Positions 8,871 to 18,149 of a stretch of 64,000 bases of DNA are shown in pieces. Under the pieces are notes generated by a model. The model was not told where the DNA came from. It ran no database searches and saw only the letters and a program-made list of their open reading frames with translations. Location of the stretch: the NCBI GenBank assembly GCA_020721655.1, contig DYMG01000002.1, positions 829 to 64,828 on the forward strand, in the 5' to 3' direction. Position 1 is the stretch's first letter. Every line of letters starts with the position of its first letter. Position numbers and translations under genes: made by a program. This DNA is from Paludibacter propionicigenes (GTDB taxonomy: Bacteria; Bacteroidota; Bacteroidia; Bacteroidales; JAFGXI01).

Positions 8871-9201
8871 CTATTTTTTAGTATTAAAATATTCCTCTTT
8901 AATTTTCAAAACTTTTTCAATTTCATTTTGTGGCGTTTTCTGAGTTTTCTTTTGAAATTCATTAAATAAAACCACTATTTTTCCTTCGTCAAAACAGCAA
9001 AATATTCTAAAAATATTACTTTGAAATTCCACTCTTATTTCATAAAGTCCATCTGTTCCTGATAAATGCGCAAAAAATTTCTTTGGAATTCTATCAGCTA
9101 CAGTAATAGTAAATAAAACATAGTCTATTTTTTCTTTTACTTTCTCTGTTTGTTCATTAAAGAAATCATAAAAATAATTTTTGTAATATATCAGTTTTCA
9201 T
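8871..9201 (-). pseudogene. gp49/HigB-like (RelE/ParE superfamily) toxin gene, frameshifted at its start
   Basis: The minus-strand frame reads KLIYYKNYFYDFFNEQTEKVKEKIDYVLFTITVADRIPKKFFAHLSGTDGLYEIRVEFQSNIFRIFCCFDEGKIVVLFNEFQKKTQKTPQNEIEKVLKIKEEYFNTKK*, a typical phage gp49-like toxin. It has no internal Met. The only ATG (9201..9199) is followed by AAAA, which puts it +1 out of frame, so the ORF track misses it. Confidence 0.6.
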
Positions 9202-9313
9202 ACTTCTTCCATTCATTAAAATACTTTCTATAAAGTTAACTAATAATGGAACATAATCCAAGCATTTTAATATTTGAATTTAATTTTTTTGTCTGTAACT
9301 AATTGGAAACCTG

Positions 9314-10546
9314 CTAATTTGTTTTATTGTATATAATTTTTAATGCTCCTGAATTATTAAAAACATAGTTTTTAGAAATTTCTGAGGTTATATCTAATAA
9401 TTTATGGTCTGTTAAAAAATTATTAAATGCAATTTCAATCTCTTGAAAATTAGAAATTGAAATTGCCCCTTTCAAAGCTATTAAATCGGTTGCTTCTTTA
9501 AATTTTTGGTATTTTATTCCAAAAACAATAGGTTTCCCAAAAACAGCAGCTTCTAAAATATTATGAATTCCAGCCCCAAAACCACCCCCTATATACGCAA
9601 TTTTACCGTACTTGTATAGCGACGACAACATTCCTATATTATTAATAATTAACACATTATACTCCGACGGATTGACCAATAATATTTCAGAATAAAGTAA
9701 AACCTTAGTTTTAAACAATTTTTTAATTCGTTTTATATTGTTTTCGTGTATTTCGTGTGGTGCCAAAATTAATTTCACATCTAAAGTTGTATTGTTTTTA
9801 AAATTTGAAAGTAATTCTTCATCGGGTTGCCAAGTACTTCCAGCTATTATTACATCTCTGTTATCGCAAAATTTCTCAACTAAATCTAAATTTTTACTTT
9901 CTTTTGCTATATCAATAACTCTGTCGAAACGCGTATCTCCAGAAATTGTAACATTTTCTATTCCTATAGTTTTTAATAAATTTTCCGAAATTTCGTTTTG
10001 AACAAAAAAATGTGTAAAATATTTCAAAACAGTTTTATACGATTTGCCATACCATTTAAAAAACAGTTGAGACTCTCTAAAAATGCCTGATACCAAATAA
10101 ATTGGAGTTTTATTTTTATTTAATTCCGATAAATAATTTAGCCAAAATTCATATTTAATGAAATACACTTTTTCTGGCTTTACTAATTCGATAAATTTTT
10201 TTGCATTTTTTGGAGTATCAGCAGGCAAATAAAAAATATAATCGGCAAAAGTGTAATTTTTCCGAATTTCATAACCAGATGGCGAGAAAAATGTGAGAAA
10301 TATTTTTTTTTCGGGATTTTGTGTTTTTATTTTTTCTATAAGCGGTCGCCCTTGCTCAAACTCGCCAAGCGATGCTGCGTGAATCCAAATTATTTTAGAG
10401 TTGTTGTTTTTAAGTTTTCCCGAAATTTCAAAAAAAATATTTTTCCGCCCATCAACCCAAAGTTTAGCTTTTTTATTATTTACCGATGCTATTCTTATTG
10501 ATAATGAATAAATTACTATCGCAATATTATATATTAAGTTCATCAA
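9314..10546 (-). CDS. waaA: 3-deoxy-D-manno-octulosonic acid (Kdo) transferase
   Basis: 410 aa with an N-terminal anchor. It carries the IWIHAASLGEFEQGRPLIEKIK motif characteristic of KdtA/WaaA and a C-terminal GT-B segment GGGFGAGIHNILEAAVFGKPIVFG. Confidence 0.8.
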   Translation of the reverse strand: MMNLIYNIAIVIYSLSIRIASVNNKKAKLWVDGRKNIFFEISGKLKNNNSKIIWIHAASLGEFEQGRPLIEKIKTQNPEKKIFLTFFSPSGYEIRKNYTFADYIFYLPADTPKNAKKFIELVKPEKVYFIKYEFWLNYLSELNKNKTPIYLVSGIFRESQLFFKWYGKSYKTVLKYFTHFFVQNEISENLLKTIGIENVTISGDTRFDRVIDIAKESKNLDLVEKFCDNRDVIIAGSTWQPDEELLSNFKNNTTLDVKLILAPHEIHENNIKRIKKLFKTKVLLYSEILLVNPSEYNVLIINNIGMLSSLYKYGKIAYIGGGFGAGIHNILEAAVFGKPIVFGIKYQKFKEATDLIALKGAISISNFQEIEIAFNNFLTDHKLLDITSEISKNYVFNNSGALKIIYNKTN

Positions 10547-10558
10547 AAAATTATACTT

Positions 10559-11719
10559 TTATTTTATCAAAACGTAATTTTCCACATCTTTTTCGGTAAT
10601 TTCTTCGGAACTTAAAATTACAAGTCGTTCTATAACATTTCTAAGCTCCCTAATGTTTCCTGTCCAATTATATTGTTTAAGTTTTTCAATTGCTTTTGAG
10701 CTTATATTTTTTAGTTTAATTCCTTGTTCTTCACAAATTTGAGAAATAAAATAGCTTATTAGTAATGGTATATCATCTTTTCTATCATTTAAATCGGGAA
10801 CATTTATAATAATTACGCTTAAGCGATGATACAAATCCTCCCTAAAAGTCTTATTTTCAATTTCTTGCTTTAAATTTTTATTAGTTGCAGCTATAACTCT
10901 AACATCAACTTTTATGTCTTTATCGCTACCAACTCGTGTAATTTTGTTTTCTTGTAAAGCTCTAAGAACTTTGGCTTGTGCCGATAAACTCATATCCCCC
11001 ACCTCATCTAAAAAAATAGTTCCTTCATTTGCTTGTTCAAATTTTCCTTTTCGTTGAATATGAGCTGAGGTAAAAGCCCCTTTTTCGTGCCCAAACAACT
11101 CGCTTTCAATCAATTCCGAAGGTATTGCAGCACAGTTAACTTCAATAAATGGGTTGTTTGCTCGATTACTTTTAGTATAAATCCAATTAGCAACAACTTC
11201 TTTTCCTGTTCCGTTACTACCAGTAATTAGAACTCTTGCATCGGTTGGAGCAATTTTTTCAATCATTTCTTTAACTTTAAAAATTTGCTCTGAATTTCCT
11301 ATCATTTGAAAATTTTTGCCTATCTTCTTTTTTAAGTTTTTTGTTTCAGAAATTAATTCTGTTTTTTCGGTAGCATTTTTAATTGTTACTAAAATTCTAT
11401 TTAAATCTAAGGGTTTTTGAATAAAATCGTAAGCTCCTAATTTTATTGCTTCAACGGCTGTTTCTATGTTTCCGTGTCCAGAAATCATTATTATAGGCAT
11501 TTCTGGTTTTATGCTATGAATTTCTTTAAGAACCTCTATCCCATCAATTTCTGGCATTTTTATATCGCAAAAAACTATGTCAAATTCTTGCTTTTTTATA
11601 AGTTCTATTGCCTGTTTCCCCGATTCTATAGCTTCTACTTTATTATTTTCGTACTCTAAAATTTCTTTTAAAGTATTTCTAATACTTCTTTCGTCGTCTA
11701 TTATTAAAATGTTTTTCAT
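10559..11719 (-). CDS. Sigma-54-dependent response regulator (REC + AAA+), with no C-terminal DNA-binding domain
   Basis: The REC domain reads ILIIDDE...DIVFCDIKMP. The AAA+ domain has Walker A GSNGTGKE, the loop EKGAFTSA (a GAFTGA variant), Walker B FLDEVGD and the NIRELRNVIER sensor. The protein ends about 25 aa after the AAA+ domain, at 386 aa. Confidence 0.8.
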   Translation of the reverse strand: MKNILIIDDERSIRNTLKEILEYENNKVEAIESGKQAIELIKKQEFDIVFCDIKMPEIDGIEVLKEIHSIKPEMPIIMISGHGNIETAVEAIKLGAYDFIQKPLDLNRILVTIKNATEKTELISETKNLKKKIGKNFQMIGNSEQIFKVKEMIEKIAPTDARVLITGSNGTGKEVVANWIYTKSNRANNPFIEVNCAAIPSELIESELFGHEKGAFTSAHIQRKGKFEQANEGTIFLDEVGDMSLSAQAKVLRALQENKITRVGSDKDIKVDVRVIAATNKNLKQEIENKTFREDLYHRLSVIIINVPDLNDRKDDIPLLISYFISQICEEQGIKLKNISSKAIEKLKQYNWTGNIRELRNVIERLVILSSEEITEKDVENYVLIK

Positions 11720-11724
11720 TTCTT

Positions 11725-12639
11725 TTATTTTTTTATCATACTGTACATTACTCCCTCTTTTAGCGAATATTCTGACTGATAAAGTGTTACAATTTTTAAA
11801 TTTTCTAAAATAAATTTAAGAAATACCATTGTTACAACTATCATTTCTGCTCTATATGTAGATATTTCTTTGTTTGCGAGCCTCTCTTTATAGCTGCTGT
11901 TAATTATCTGATTATAAAGAGAATAAAAGTCGTCTATATCTATTTTTATTAAGTTTGTGTTTGTATTGTATTGTTTTTTTGTTGATATTATTGATGTTAT
12001 TGTATTAAAAACACCAGATGCCCCAATTAATTTTTCAACTTTATAGTTGGCACAAATTTTAAAAAAATCGGTTAATTCGTTTTTTAAGTATGCTTCTATC
12101 TTACTTTTCGTTTCCAAACTTATAACATCTTCAGGATTAAACATTTCTATCAATCTAGACATTCCCAAATTATAACTCTGCCTAAATAAAATATTGTTGT
12201 TTTTTGATATTATAAACTCATTACTTCCGCCACCAATATCAAGAGTTAAAACATTTTCATTTTCAAAATTTATGGTATTTTTAACACCTTCAAAAATAAG
12301 CTCGGCTTCCTTGTTACCATCAATAACTTCAATTTTTATATTTGTTTTCACAAACACATCATCAATAAAATTAGTTCCATTGTTTGCGTTTCTTATTGCA
12401 GATGTAGCTATTACACGTACCAATTCACAATTATATTTTTTTATAATTTCATTAAATTTTTCAATTCCACTAACACCTCTTTCAAAAGCTTTTTCGCTAA
12501 TTATGTTTTTTGTTATTCCATTTTCGCCTAATCTTACAGGTATTTTATCTTTATATATTATATTAAATTTATCTATTAAAACATCGGCAATTAGCAAATT
12601 AAAAATATTTGTACCCAAATCTATTACTGCAATTCTCAT
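11725..12639 (-). CDS. ppx: Ppx/GppA-family exopolyphosphatase/phosphatase
   Basis: 304 aa with ASKHA-fold motifs RIAVIDLGTNIFNLLIA, ATSAIRNANNG and LDIGGGSNEF. Confidence 0.75.
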   Translation of the reverse strand: MRIAVIDLGTNIFNLLIADVLIDKFNIIYKDKIPVRLGENGITKNIISEKAFERGVSGIEKFNEIIKKYNCELVRVIATSAIRNANNGTNFIDDVFVKTNIKIEVIDGNKEAELIFEGVKNTINFENENVLTLDIGGGSNEFIISKNNNILFRQSYNLGMSRLIEMFNPEDVISLETKSKIEAYLKNELTDFFKICANYKVEKLIGASGVFNTITSIISTKKQYNTNTNLIKIDIDDFYSLYNQIINSSYKERLANKEISTYRAEMIVVTMVFLKFILENLKIVTLYQSEYSLKEGVMYSMIKK

Positions 12640-12717
12640 ATTTTAAAATTATTTTTTAAAAGTACTATTTAAACTAAACTTTAACAATATTAAGAAATAG
12701 TTTTGCCAATTTTTATT

Positions 12718-12725
12718 TACTTTTG
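12718..12725 (+). promoter_or_regulatory. -7 promoter box TACTTTTG
   Basis: Exact TAnnTTTG, 18 nt upstream of the ATG at 12744. Confidence 0.4.
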
Positions 12726-12743
12726 AATAAACTATTTTTTTAA

Positions 12744-14132
12744 ATGAAACGACTTCTAACATTAATATTAATAACAATATATTTTATTTCATTTTCGCAA
12801 AATAATTTGCCAAAAAAAATTTATATTTTAAATATAGCCGAAGAAATTGGTCCAAAAGCTTGGCGAAATACTCAAAAAGCTTTCGAAAATGCTACTAAAT
12901 TAAATTCCGACATTATTTTAATACATATAAATACTTATGGCGGTTTGGTTGATATGGCAGATAGTATTAGGACTAAAATTCTTAACTCAAAAATTCCGGT
13001 TTGGGCTTTTATTGATAATAATGCGGCATCAGCCGGAGCACTAATTTCTATAGCTTGCGACTCAATTTATATGAGAGAAGGAGCAAGAATTGGAGCTGCA
13101 ACTGTTGTTACTCAAGATGGAGAAAAAGCACCAGATAAATACCAAGCATATATGCGTGCAACAATGCGAGCAACAGCCGAATCTAAAGGAAAAGACACTA
13201 TAATTTTAGGGTCAGATACAATAATAAGATGGCGTAGAGACCCAAAAATAGCTGAAGCAATGGTTGATGAATCTATATTTATAGATGGAATAATTGATAG
13301 CACTAAAATTCTAACTTTTACAACAAACGAAGCTATCGAAAACAACTATTGTGAAGGAAAATCTGAAAATATTGCAGGCGTTTTTAAATTAGTTAAAATA
13401 AATAATTACAAAATTAACGAATACACACCATCGTTTTTAGAGAAAATTATTGGATGGCTCATAAATCCAATAATATCGGGCTTACTAATAATGTTAATTG
13501 TTGGTGGAATTTATTTTGAACTTCAATCGCCTGGAATTGGATTTCCTTTATTTGCAGCAATTACAGCCGCTATTTTATATTTTGCTCCTCTATACTTAGA
13601 AGGTTTAGCTCAAAACTGGGAAATACTTATTTTTATTGTAGGTATAATACTTATTGGTTTAGAAATTTTTGTCGTTCCGGGGTTTGGAATTACAGGTATT
13701 TCGGGAATTATATTAATTGTTGCTGCATTAACATTAAGTTTAATTACAAATAATATATTCGAATATAATTCATTCAATTTTGCATTTAAAAAAATTTTCG
13801 AAGCATTTTCTTTAGTTGTTATATCATTATCGTTTTCATTTATTTTTTCAATTATATTTGGTAAAAAACTTTTATTAAACACTTCCTTGAATAAATTTAT
13901 ATTAAAACAAGAAGAAACGATTGAAGACGGATATTCATCAATAAAAATAGAAAAACTTAATATTATTGGAAAAACAGGAATAACACTAACCGATTTACGA
14001 CTTTCGGGGAAAGTAATTATAGACAACGAAATTTACGATGCTATGTCGGAATACGAATTTATAAGTAAAAACGAACAAATTATAGTTACACGTTTAAAAA
14101 CAGGTCAAGTTTATGTTAAAAAAAACAATTAA
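12744..14132 (+). CDS. nfeD: NfeD-family membrane-bound serine protease (ClpP class)
   Basis: 462 aa with a signal peptide. It has a ClpP-like domain (INTYGGLVDMADSI...NNAASAGALISIACD), a central block of several transmembrane helices, and a C-terminal OB-like NfeD domain (GKTGITLTDLRLSGKVIIDNEIYDAMSE). Confidence 0.75.
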   Translation: MKRLLTLILITIYFISFSQNNLPKKIYILNIAEEIGPKAWRNTQKAFENATKLNSDIILIHINTYGGLVDMADSIRTKILNSKIPVWAFIDNNAASAGALISIACDSIYMREGARIGAATVVTQDGEKAPDKYQAYMRATMRATAESKGKDTIILGSDTIIRWRRDPKIAEAMVDESIFIDGIIDSTKILTFTTNEAIENNYCEGKSENIAGVFKLVKINNYKINEYTPSFLEKIIGWLINPIISGLLIMLIVGGIYFELQSPGIGFPLFAAITAAILYFAPLYLEGLAQNWEILIFIVGIILIGLEIFVVPGFGITGISGIILIVAALTLSLITNNIFEYNSFNFAFKKIFEAFSLVVISLSFSFIFSIIFGKKLLLNTSLNKFILKQEETIEDGYSSIKIEKLNIIGKTGITLTDLRLSGKVIIDNEIYDAMSEYEFISKNEQIIVTRLKTGQVYVKKNN

Positions 14133-15552
14133 TTTAATTTTTGCAATAATTTTATTGCAATCGCAAATAATTTCTCAAAACACTATTATTGATAAATTAA
14201 ATGCTGATACCGACATTCAAAGTGCTATTGTTGGAGTTTATGCCGTAAATGCAAAAACAGGAAAAGTTCTTGTAGATTATAATTCCGATAAAAATTTAAA
14301 GCCTGCATCAAACCTAAAATTACTTACAACAATTGCAGCTCTTAAAATTTTAGGCGAAAACAATAAATTTGACACAAAACTAATGTACTCTGGAACCATA
14401 AGTAAAAACACCTTAAATGGAGATTTGTATATTATTGGCGGAGGCGACCCTACATTAGGTGCAGATTATTTTTACGACAAAAAACCAAAATTTATAATTC
14501 AGTTTATTGATGCATTAAACAAAGCACAAATAACACAAATAAGTGGCAATTTAATTATTGTTGACACACTATTTAAAGGATTAAACACACCTTCAACATG
14601 GATTTGTGGCGATATTGGAAATTATTATGGTTCCGGTCCAAGTAGCATTTCTATTTTTAATAATATAATTAAATTATACTTTAACACAAAAGTTGAAATT
14701 GACGATACAGTTAAATTAATTAAAACAAACCCTTATGTAAATATAGCTTTAGAAAACAATGTTGTTGCAAAAAAAATAACAAACGATCGTACAACTATTT
14801 ACAGTTCAGAACTTAGTAGTAAAAAAATAATTTCTGGCGAATTACCTATTGGCAAAGACAGTTTTATTGTAAAAGGCTCTATAACAAACCCCGAAGAAGT
14901 TTTAGCCGAATATTTTACTAAAGAGCTAAGTAAAAACAATATTATTTTAAAAGGAAAGCATATTGTTACCGACAAAAATAACAGCAAACTAAAATTAACA
15001 CTACTTACCACATTTTATTCTCCAACAATAAAAGAAATTGTAAAACAAACCAATTTAACAAGCAATAACTTATATGCAGAAACTCTGCTTCGTCAAATTA
15101 ATATAAAATACCGAGGAAATGGAACAAATATTTCAGCAGTAAGTAGCCTTTTTGGATTTTGGGTAAATAAAGGTTTAAACTCTAATAATATTAAATTATT
15201 TGATGGTAGCGGATTATCGTCTTACAATTTAATTTCAACAAAGCAATTAGTAAAAGCACTTCAATTTGCATATTCCGACTCAATTTTTTTTAACACATTT
15301 AAACAAACACTACCAATAGGTGGTGTTTCTGGCACTTTAAAAGATATGTTTTACAAAACGAATATTAATGGAAAAGTATATGCAAAATCGGGTACAATGA
15401 ACAGTGTTAAAGCTTATTCTGGGTACATTTTAAAGCAAAACACAAACGAAAACATTATTTTTTCAATAATTTTTAATAATTTTACTATAAATTCAACCTT
15501 AGCAAAAAACAAAATACAGCAAATAATCGTTGATTTGTCAAATTCATACTAA
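14113..15552 (+). CDS. dacB: D-alanyl-D-alanine carboxypeptidase/endopeptidase (PBP4, peptidase S13)
   Basis: 479 aa with a signal peptide. Motifs are SxxK (PASNLKLLTT), DGSGLS..N and KSGT (YAKSGTMNSV). It overlaps the nfeD 3' end by 20 nt. Confidence 0.8.
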   Translation: MLKKTINLIFAIILLQSQIISQNTIIDKLNADTDIQSAIVGVYAVNAKTGKVLVDYNSDKNLKPASNLKLLTTIAALKILGENNKFDTKLMYSGTISKNTLNGDLYIIGGGDPTLGADYFYDKKPKFIIQFIDALNKAQITQISGNLIIVDTLFKGLNTPSTWICGDIGNYYGSGPSSISIFNNIIKLYFNTKVEIDDTVKLIKTNPYVNIALENNVVAKKITNDRTTIYSSELSSKKIISGELPIGKDSFIVKGSITNPEEVLAEYFTKELSKNNIILKGKHIVTDKNNSKLKLTLLTTFYSPTIKEIVKQTNLTSNNLYAETLLRQINIKYRGNGTNISAVSSLFGFWVNKGLNSNNIKLFDGSGLSSYNLISTKQLVKALQFAYSDSIFFNTFKQTLPIGGVSGTLKDMFYKTNINGKVYAKSGTMNSVKAYSGYILKQNTNENIIFSIIFNNFTINSTLAKNKIQQIIVDLSNSY

Positions 15553-15672
15553 TCAAATAATTAAAGATTAAAAACGCTAAAACCATTGTTATCATTGCAT
15601 TTAAACACTAAAAATTGTCAAAAAACACAAAACATTCGTAACAATTCATTTGCATATTCGTACAACAGAACG

Positions 15673-15680
15673 TACATTTG
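15673..15680 (+). promoter_or_regulatory. -7 promoter box TACATTTG
   Basis: Exact TAnnTTTG, overlapping the track's TTG start at 15678. This favours the ATG at 15690 as the true start. Confidence 0.35.
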
Positions 15681-15689
15681 TACTGCACT

Positions 15690-16643
15690 ATGAAAAACAC
15701 ACATATCATAATATTATTGACACTTGTTCTACTTTTAAATTCTTGCAAAGAAGAGGTAGATTGTCTCCAATTAAAAGAAGAAAACGATTTAACCTACGTT
15801 TCAAGCGAAGCCTCTCCATTTTCAGGCACTTGCAAAGAAAACATTTATGGCATCAATAAAGAAATTGAATACCAAAACGGTAAAATAGATGGCACTTATA
15901 CATCTTGGGACGAAAATGGAAACAAAACTTACGAAGATAATTTTAAAGAAGGAAAGCGTAACGGAAAATCGACTATTTGGTACAACAATGGAGAAAAATC
16001 TGAAGAAAAAAATTATGTAAATGGCAAAAAAGAAGGGAAATCTTTAAGCTGGTATCCAAAAGGACAAAAACAAAAAGAATGCAATTTTAAAGACGACAAA
16101 CTTGATGGAAAACTGCAAGAATGGTATGAAAATGGTCAAAAAGAAAAAGAAACAGAATATAGTGATGGCTTAATTCATGGAAAATGGCTTACTTGGTATG
16201 AAGATGGCAATATAAAAGATAATGGCGAATATATAAAAGACAACAAAGTTGGCAAATGGAAATCATGGCACGATAATGGCAAAAAAGAATCGGAAGGAGA
16301 GTATATAAACAATGCTAAACATGGCGAATGGATTACTTGGTACGAAAATGAAAATATTAAAGAAAAAGGTACATTTGTAGAAGGTAAAAAAGAAAATGTT
16401 TGGATTACTTGGTACGAAGACAATCATAAAAAAACAATTTGCGAATATGTTGATGGTAAAAAAAACGGTAAATTTATCTCTTTTTTTAAAGATGGGAATA
16501 AAAACATTGAAGGGCAGTATGTTAACGGAGTAAAAGAGGGCAGATTTATTATTTGGAGTAAAAACAAAGAAAAACAAGTAGTTGTTTATAAAAATGGCTC
16601 TTTAAAAGATTCTGTTGAAGAAGAGGGAGTTCCTGTTTTTTAG
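15690..16643 (+). CDS. MORN-variant (YwqK-type) repeat lipoprotein
   Basis: The track ORF starts at 15678. From the ATG at 15690 there is a lipoprotein signal (LLTLVLLLNSC), followed by about 11 tandem 23-aa repeats of the form W(Y/H)-x-NG-x-K-x-x-E-x-x-Y-x-x-G-K-x-x-G-K. Confidence 0.75.
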   Translation: MKNTHIIILLTLVLLLNSCKEEVDCLQLKEENDLTYVSSEASPFSGTCKENIYGINKEIEYQNGKIDGTYTSWDENGNKTYEDNFKEGKRNGKSTIWYNNGEKSEEKNYVNGKKEGKSLSWYPKGQKQKECNFKDDKLDGKLQEWYENGQKEKETEYSDGLIHGKWLTWYEDGNIKDNGEYIKDNKVGKWKSWHDNGKKESEGEYINNAKHGEWITWYENENIKEKGTFVEGKKENVWITWYEDNHKKTICEYVDGKKNGKFISFFKDGNKNIEGQYVNGVKEGRFIIWSKNKEKQVVVYKNGSLKDSVEEEGVPVF

Positions 16644-16664
16644 AAAAATATAAACTGTATAAAA

Positions 16665-16693
16665 AAGGTGTTTTAATATCGTTAAAACACCTT
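16665..16693. terminator. Bidirectional rho-independent terminator
   Basis: A perfect 12-bp stem (AAGGTGTTTTAA / TTAAAACACCTT) with a 5-nt loop. It is flanked by an A-run and a T-run and lies between convergent genes. Confidence 0.7.
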
Positions 16694-16699
16694 TTTTAT

Positions 16700-17311
16700 T
16701 TATACCAATTTTCCCTTACCTTCTCGTAAAATTTCAAAATTATCTTTTGTGCAATCTATTATTGTTGAAGAAATACACCCTCCAATACCACCATCAATAA
16801 CAACATCTACTTTTTCATAATATTCCTCATAAATTAGTTCCGGATCAGTTATATATCCATTTAAATCTGCTGAATTGTAAATCGATGTAGTTAATATTGG
16901 ATTACCCAACTCCCTTACTAATTGCAAAATTATTTCATTATCTGGAATTCTAATTCCCACAGTTTTTTTATTATTTTTAAACAATTTTGGAACTTTTCCA
17001 TTAGCATTTAATATAAATGTAAAAGCACCAGGTAAATTTTGTTTCAAAACTTTAAAAACATAATTATTTATTGGCATTGTGTATTCCGATAGTTGACTTA
17101 TATCTGAACAAATAAAAGAAAAATTTGCTTTTTCTATTTTAATTGATTTTATGGTAGCAATACGCTCAACAGCCTTTTGATTTGTAATGTCGCACCCAAT
17201 ACCATAAACAGTATCTGTAGGATAAATAATTACGCCTCCATTTTTTAAAATATCAACAATTTTCTTAATTTGTCGAGGATCTAAATTGTTATCATATAAT
17301 TTTATAAACAT
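16700..17311 (-). CDS. tsaC: L-threonylcarbamoyladenylate synthase (YrdC/Sua5 family)
   Basis: Carries the YPTDTVYGIGCD motif and RIPDN...TTS. The track ORF extends to 17344, but a TAAATTTG -7 box (minus strand, 17357..17350) lies only 6 nt upstream of that ATG. The M12 start at 17311 is therefore more likely. Confidence 0.75.
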   Translation of the reverse strand: MFIKLYDNNLDPRQIKKIVDILKNGGVIIYPTDTVYGIGCDITNQKAVERIATIKSIKIEKANFSFICSDISQLSEYTMPINNYVFKVLKQNLPGAFTFILNANGKVPKLFKNNKKTVGIRIPDNEIILQLVRELGNPILTTSIYNSADLNGYITDPELIYEEYYEKVDVVIDGGIGGCISSTIIDCTKDNFEILREGKGKLV

Positions 17312-17396
17312 AAAAAATGCTGTATTTAACGCAAAAAAGTCCATAAAGCCAAATTTATTACTCTATGAACTTAATTATATTTTTATGAACCAATTA

Positions 17397-18056
17397 TTAT
17401 TTATTGTTCACTCTTTTGTGATCTGCTAAAAATTGAGCTAAACCAATATCGGTTAGTGGGTGGTTCAACAATCCTTTTATTGCCGATAAAGGACAAGTAG
17501 CAACATCGGCACCAACCTCTAAACAACGTATAATATGCATTGTGTTACGTATTGATGCGGCTAATACTTGAGTTTCGTATCCATAATAATTAAAAAAATC
17601 GACAATTTGTTCAATTAATTTAATTCCATCTGTAGAATTATCGTCTAAACGACCAATAAACGGAGAAACATAAGTAGCTCCGGCTTTTGCCGCCAACAAA
17701 GCTTGTCCGGTAGAAAAAATTAATGTGCAATTTGTTCTAATATTTTTACCACTTAAATATTTTATAGCTTTAATTCCATTTTCGGTAATAGGAACTTTTA
17801 CTACAATTTGAGGATGTAAGGCGGCAAGCATTTCGCCTTCTTTAATCATACCTTCGTAATCAGTGGCAATAACTTCTGCACTAACATCGCCATCAACAAT
17901 TTCACAAATTGCTTTGTAATGATTTAATACATTTTCGTCTCCACTAATACCTTCTTTTGCCATTAATGATGGATTTGTTGTTACACCATCAAGTATTCCC
18001 ATTGCTTGAGCCTCTTTAATTTGCTCCAAATTTGCTGTATCAATAAAAAATTTCAT
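17397..18056 (-). CDS. fsa: Fructose-6-phosphate aldolase / short transaldolase
   Basis: Motifs [24 protein letters not shown], and the Schiff-base Lys context VVKVPIT. The track start at 18077 overlaps the -7 box, so the ATG at 18056 was used. Confidence 0.8.
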   Translation of the reverse strand: MKFFIDTANLEQIKEAQAMGILDGVTTNPSLMAKEGISGDENVLNHYKAICEIVDGDVSAEVIATDYEGMIKEGEMLAALHPQIVVKVPITENGIKAIKYLSGKNIRTNCTLIFSTGQALLAAKAGATYVSPFIGRLDDNSTDGIKLIEQIVDFFNYYGYETQVLAASIRNTMHIIRCLEVGADVATCPLSAIKGLLNHPLTDIGLAQFLADHKRVNNK

Positions 18057-18076
18057 AGTATTTATTTTACTTTTCA

Positions 18077-18084
18077 CAAAAATA
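18077..18084 (-). promoter_or_regulatory. -7 promoter box TATTTTTG (minus strand)
   Basis: The reverse complement of CAAAAATA matches TAnnTTTG, 21 nt upstream of the fsa ATG at 18056. Confidence 0.35.
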
Positions 18085-18120
18085 CAACTTATTAAACGAA
18101 TATCAATTTAATTATTTGCA

Positions 18121-18128
18121 TAACTTTG
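18121..18128 (+). promoter_or_regulatory. -7 promoter box TAACTTTG
   Basis: Exact TAnnTTTG, 21 nt upstream of the ATG at 18150. Confidence 0.4.
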
Positions 18129-18149
18129 CTATTTTAAACACTATTTATT

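Noticed and set aside
8861-9201. The idea that TGA is reassigned (code 4 or 25), so that the toxin and antitoxin frames read through the TGA overlapping their ATGs.
   Set aside because: TGA clearly terminates well-supported genes in this window, for example the E1 dehydrogenase at 8234..8236. Standard code 11 therefore applies.
10303-10311. T9/A9 homopolymer inside waaA (and an A8 run in the GT2 gene near 5221) as phase-variation switches.
   Set aside because: Runs of this length are expected by chance in DNA this AT-rich. Both genes are intact and in frame, and waaA is normally essential.
12194-12646. 150-aa plus-strand ORF, together with similar antisense ORFs at 9738..10001, 10319..10501, 11474..11813, 13112..13345, 13610..14026, 14799..15011, 16175..16577, 19076..19442 and 19473..19709.
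   Set aside because: Each lies entirely within, and opposite to, a well-supported gene with clear family motifs. They are typical of AT-rich DNA, where stop codons are depleted on the antisense strand of some frames.
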